The notes beneath the pieces were generated by a model, which ran no database searches, had not been told where the DNA came from, and saw only the letters and a program-made list of their open reading frames with translations. A program made the translations under genes and the position numbers. A DNA stretch of 30,042 bases from the NCBI GenBank assembly GCA_963749915.1, contig CAVVOP010000002.1:1-30042 (forward strand). Direction: 5' to 3'. The stretch comes from an uncultured cyanobacterium. GTDB taxonomy: Bacteria > Cyanobacteriota > Cyanobacteriia > Cyanobacteriales > Cyanobacteriaceae. Shown in pieces: positions 28,630 through 30,042 of the stretch (the first letter of the stretch is position 1; each line of letters starts with the position of its first letter).

Positions 28630-30042
28630 TTATTGAAATTTAATTTTTCTAGCGGCATAAAGACACATTTTTACTAACACTAAACCTTCTTTAAAGTGTT
28701 GAATATTAGAAGTTCCATAAGTTCTAGGAACGTATCTTACGGGTATATCTTTAATTTGTAAAGCTAATTTCGCTGAACCAAATAATAGATCAAAATCTCC
28801 AAAAGGATCAAATTCTCCAAAATAAGATCGATTCTCAGCCAAGCGTTGATAATTTATCTTAGAAATAGCTTTTGTACCGCAAAGAGAATCTTTAATTTTA
28901 GTATTGAGAAGATAAGATAATATCCACGCAAAAAAACGATTTGCCATGTCTATTAAGCCAAGGCATCGCTCTAGGTTAAAGGATAAATTAAGCGACAACC
29001 ATTGGCAAATTCACATTTTCCAGAGGAGATGGCTTGAAAAAAATAAACTAAATCTTCTGGTTGTACTGTTAAATCGGAATCGAGAATGATTAATATGTCT
29101 CCTGTTGCCATCCCAATCCTTTTCTCACTGCATCCCCTTTTCCTTTACCTGCTTGTTTACATATTTTAATATCCCATTCATTATTATATTTAGCTTGTAC
29201 TCTTTCAATTTCTCCCCATGTATCGTCAGTGGAGTTACCTTCGACAAAAATAATTTCGGTATGTTTTCCCATTCTTGGCATTCTAGTAATGCAACTTTCA
29301 ATGTTTCCCATTTCATTTCTAGCAGGGATAATAACTGAACAGGTATAATTTTTAATATTTTCTTCTCCTTTGCTTTTATCTGGTCTAATTCTTGGTCAAC
29401 CAACAGAATATCCATTTAAACAAGCCTGATTGATTAGAGGTAAGGGTGCTAAAAGTTTATTAAATAACCGATAAAATATTGGAAAACGACGGGGAAATAA
29501 GATTCTCTTGCCGTGAAAAATTATTTCAAATCCTTCAATTACTAGCAAATTTTCTATATCTTCATAACTCATCCAGTTTAAGTTTTCAATGGGCATTCTT
29601 TGCTTAATCAACGTTGCTAGTCTCAGAATGATTTCCCAACCTGGATTATGAAAAGTTAAGATAATTCTTGTGGAAGAATTGCTAACTTTATGAACATTAG
29701 AGAAAGTTTGTTGAATATTGTTGAGATAATTAACCGTATTAGCTAGTAAAATGTAATCAAAAGTTTCATCAAACTCAAATGTTTCTGCTTGTTGATGCTC
29801 AAATTGTAGATGAGAAAATTTTTCTTGAGCTAGTTCGACTATATCAAGGTTTCGATTCCATCCCCAAACCTTTTTCTGGCCTCACTGCATCTAGTAAATA
29901 ACCTGTACCTGAGCCAATTTCTAAAACATTTCAAAATGAGGTTGAACAAAAAATTGACATAATTTTTCTATATCCTGATAATAAGAAATATTTTTTTTCC
30001 GCCATTTTGCCAAAAAATTGCAGAAGGGAATAAATTCGTGAA
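28630..30042 (-). pseudogene. Methyltransferase-domain / family 2 glycosyltransferase fusion, multiply frameshifted, runs off the window
   Basis: VLEIGSGTG, SVIIPARNE, FVEGNSTDDT, GKGDAVRKG, ILDSDLTV, DSLCGTK and DPFGDFDLLFG distributed across different frames. Confidence 0.85.

Overview
AT-rich cyanobacterial DNA with many GCGATCGC (HIP1) octamers and short tandem repeats; it resembles a unicellular Cyanobacterium/Geminocystis-type genome, but that assignment is an inference. Bases ~1-25100 are a heavily rearranged accessory region. It holds six IS elements or remnants (IS1634 x2, IS5/ISL2-like, IS4, IS1 and a truncated IS4/IS701-like DDE element), a ~200-bp MITE, a 559-bp inverted-repeat-bounded cassette carrying a four-helix-bundle gene, and several tiny double-hairpin inserts in HIP1 sites. 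About a dozen truncated genes lie between these elements: radical SAM, GH13 amylase, tyrosine recombinase, family A DNA polymerase tail, ATP-binding protein, HU, phytase, Uma2 and others. Intact islands are a PIN toxin-antitoxin pair, a SWIM protein, an HNH gene with a conserved hypothetical, and a five-gene module (two-component system, Spy/CpxP-like protein, secreted Thr-rich repeat protein, sterol-desaturase-family protein). Bases ~25200-30042 look like core genome (lpxC, rplI, recQ, EamA/SMR transporter) and end in a multiply frameshifted methyltransferase-glycosyltransferase gene. No rRNA, tRNA or CRISPR array was seen. All protein family calls come from motif recognition by eye, not database searches.
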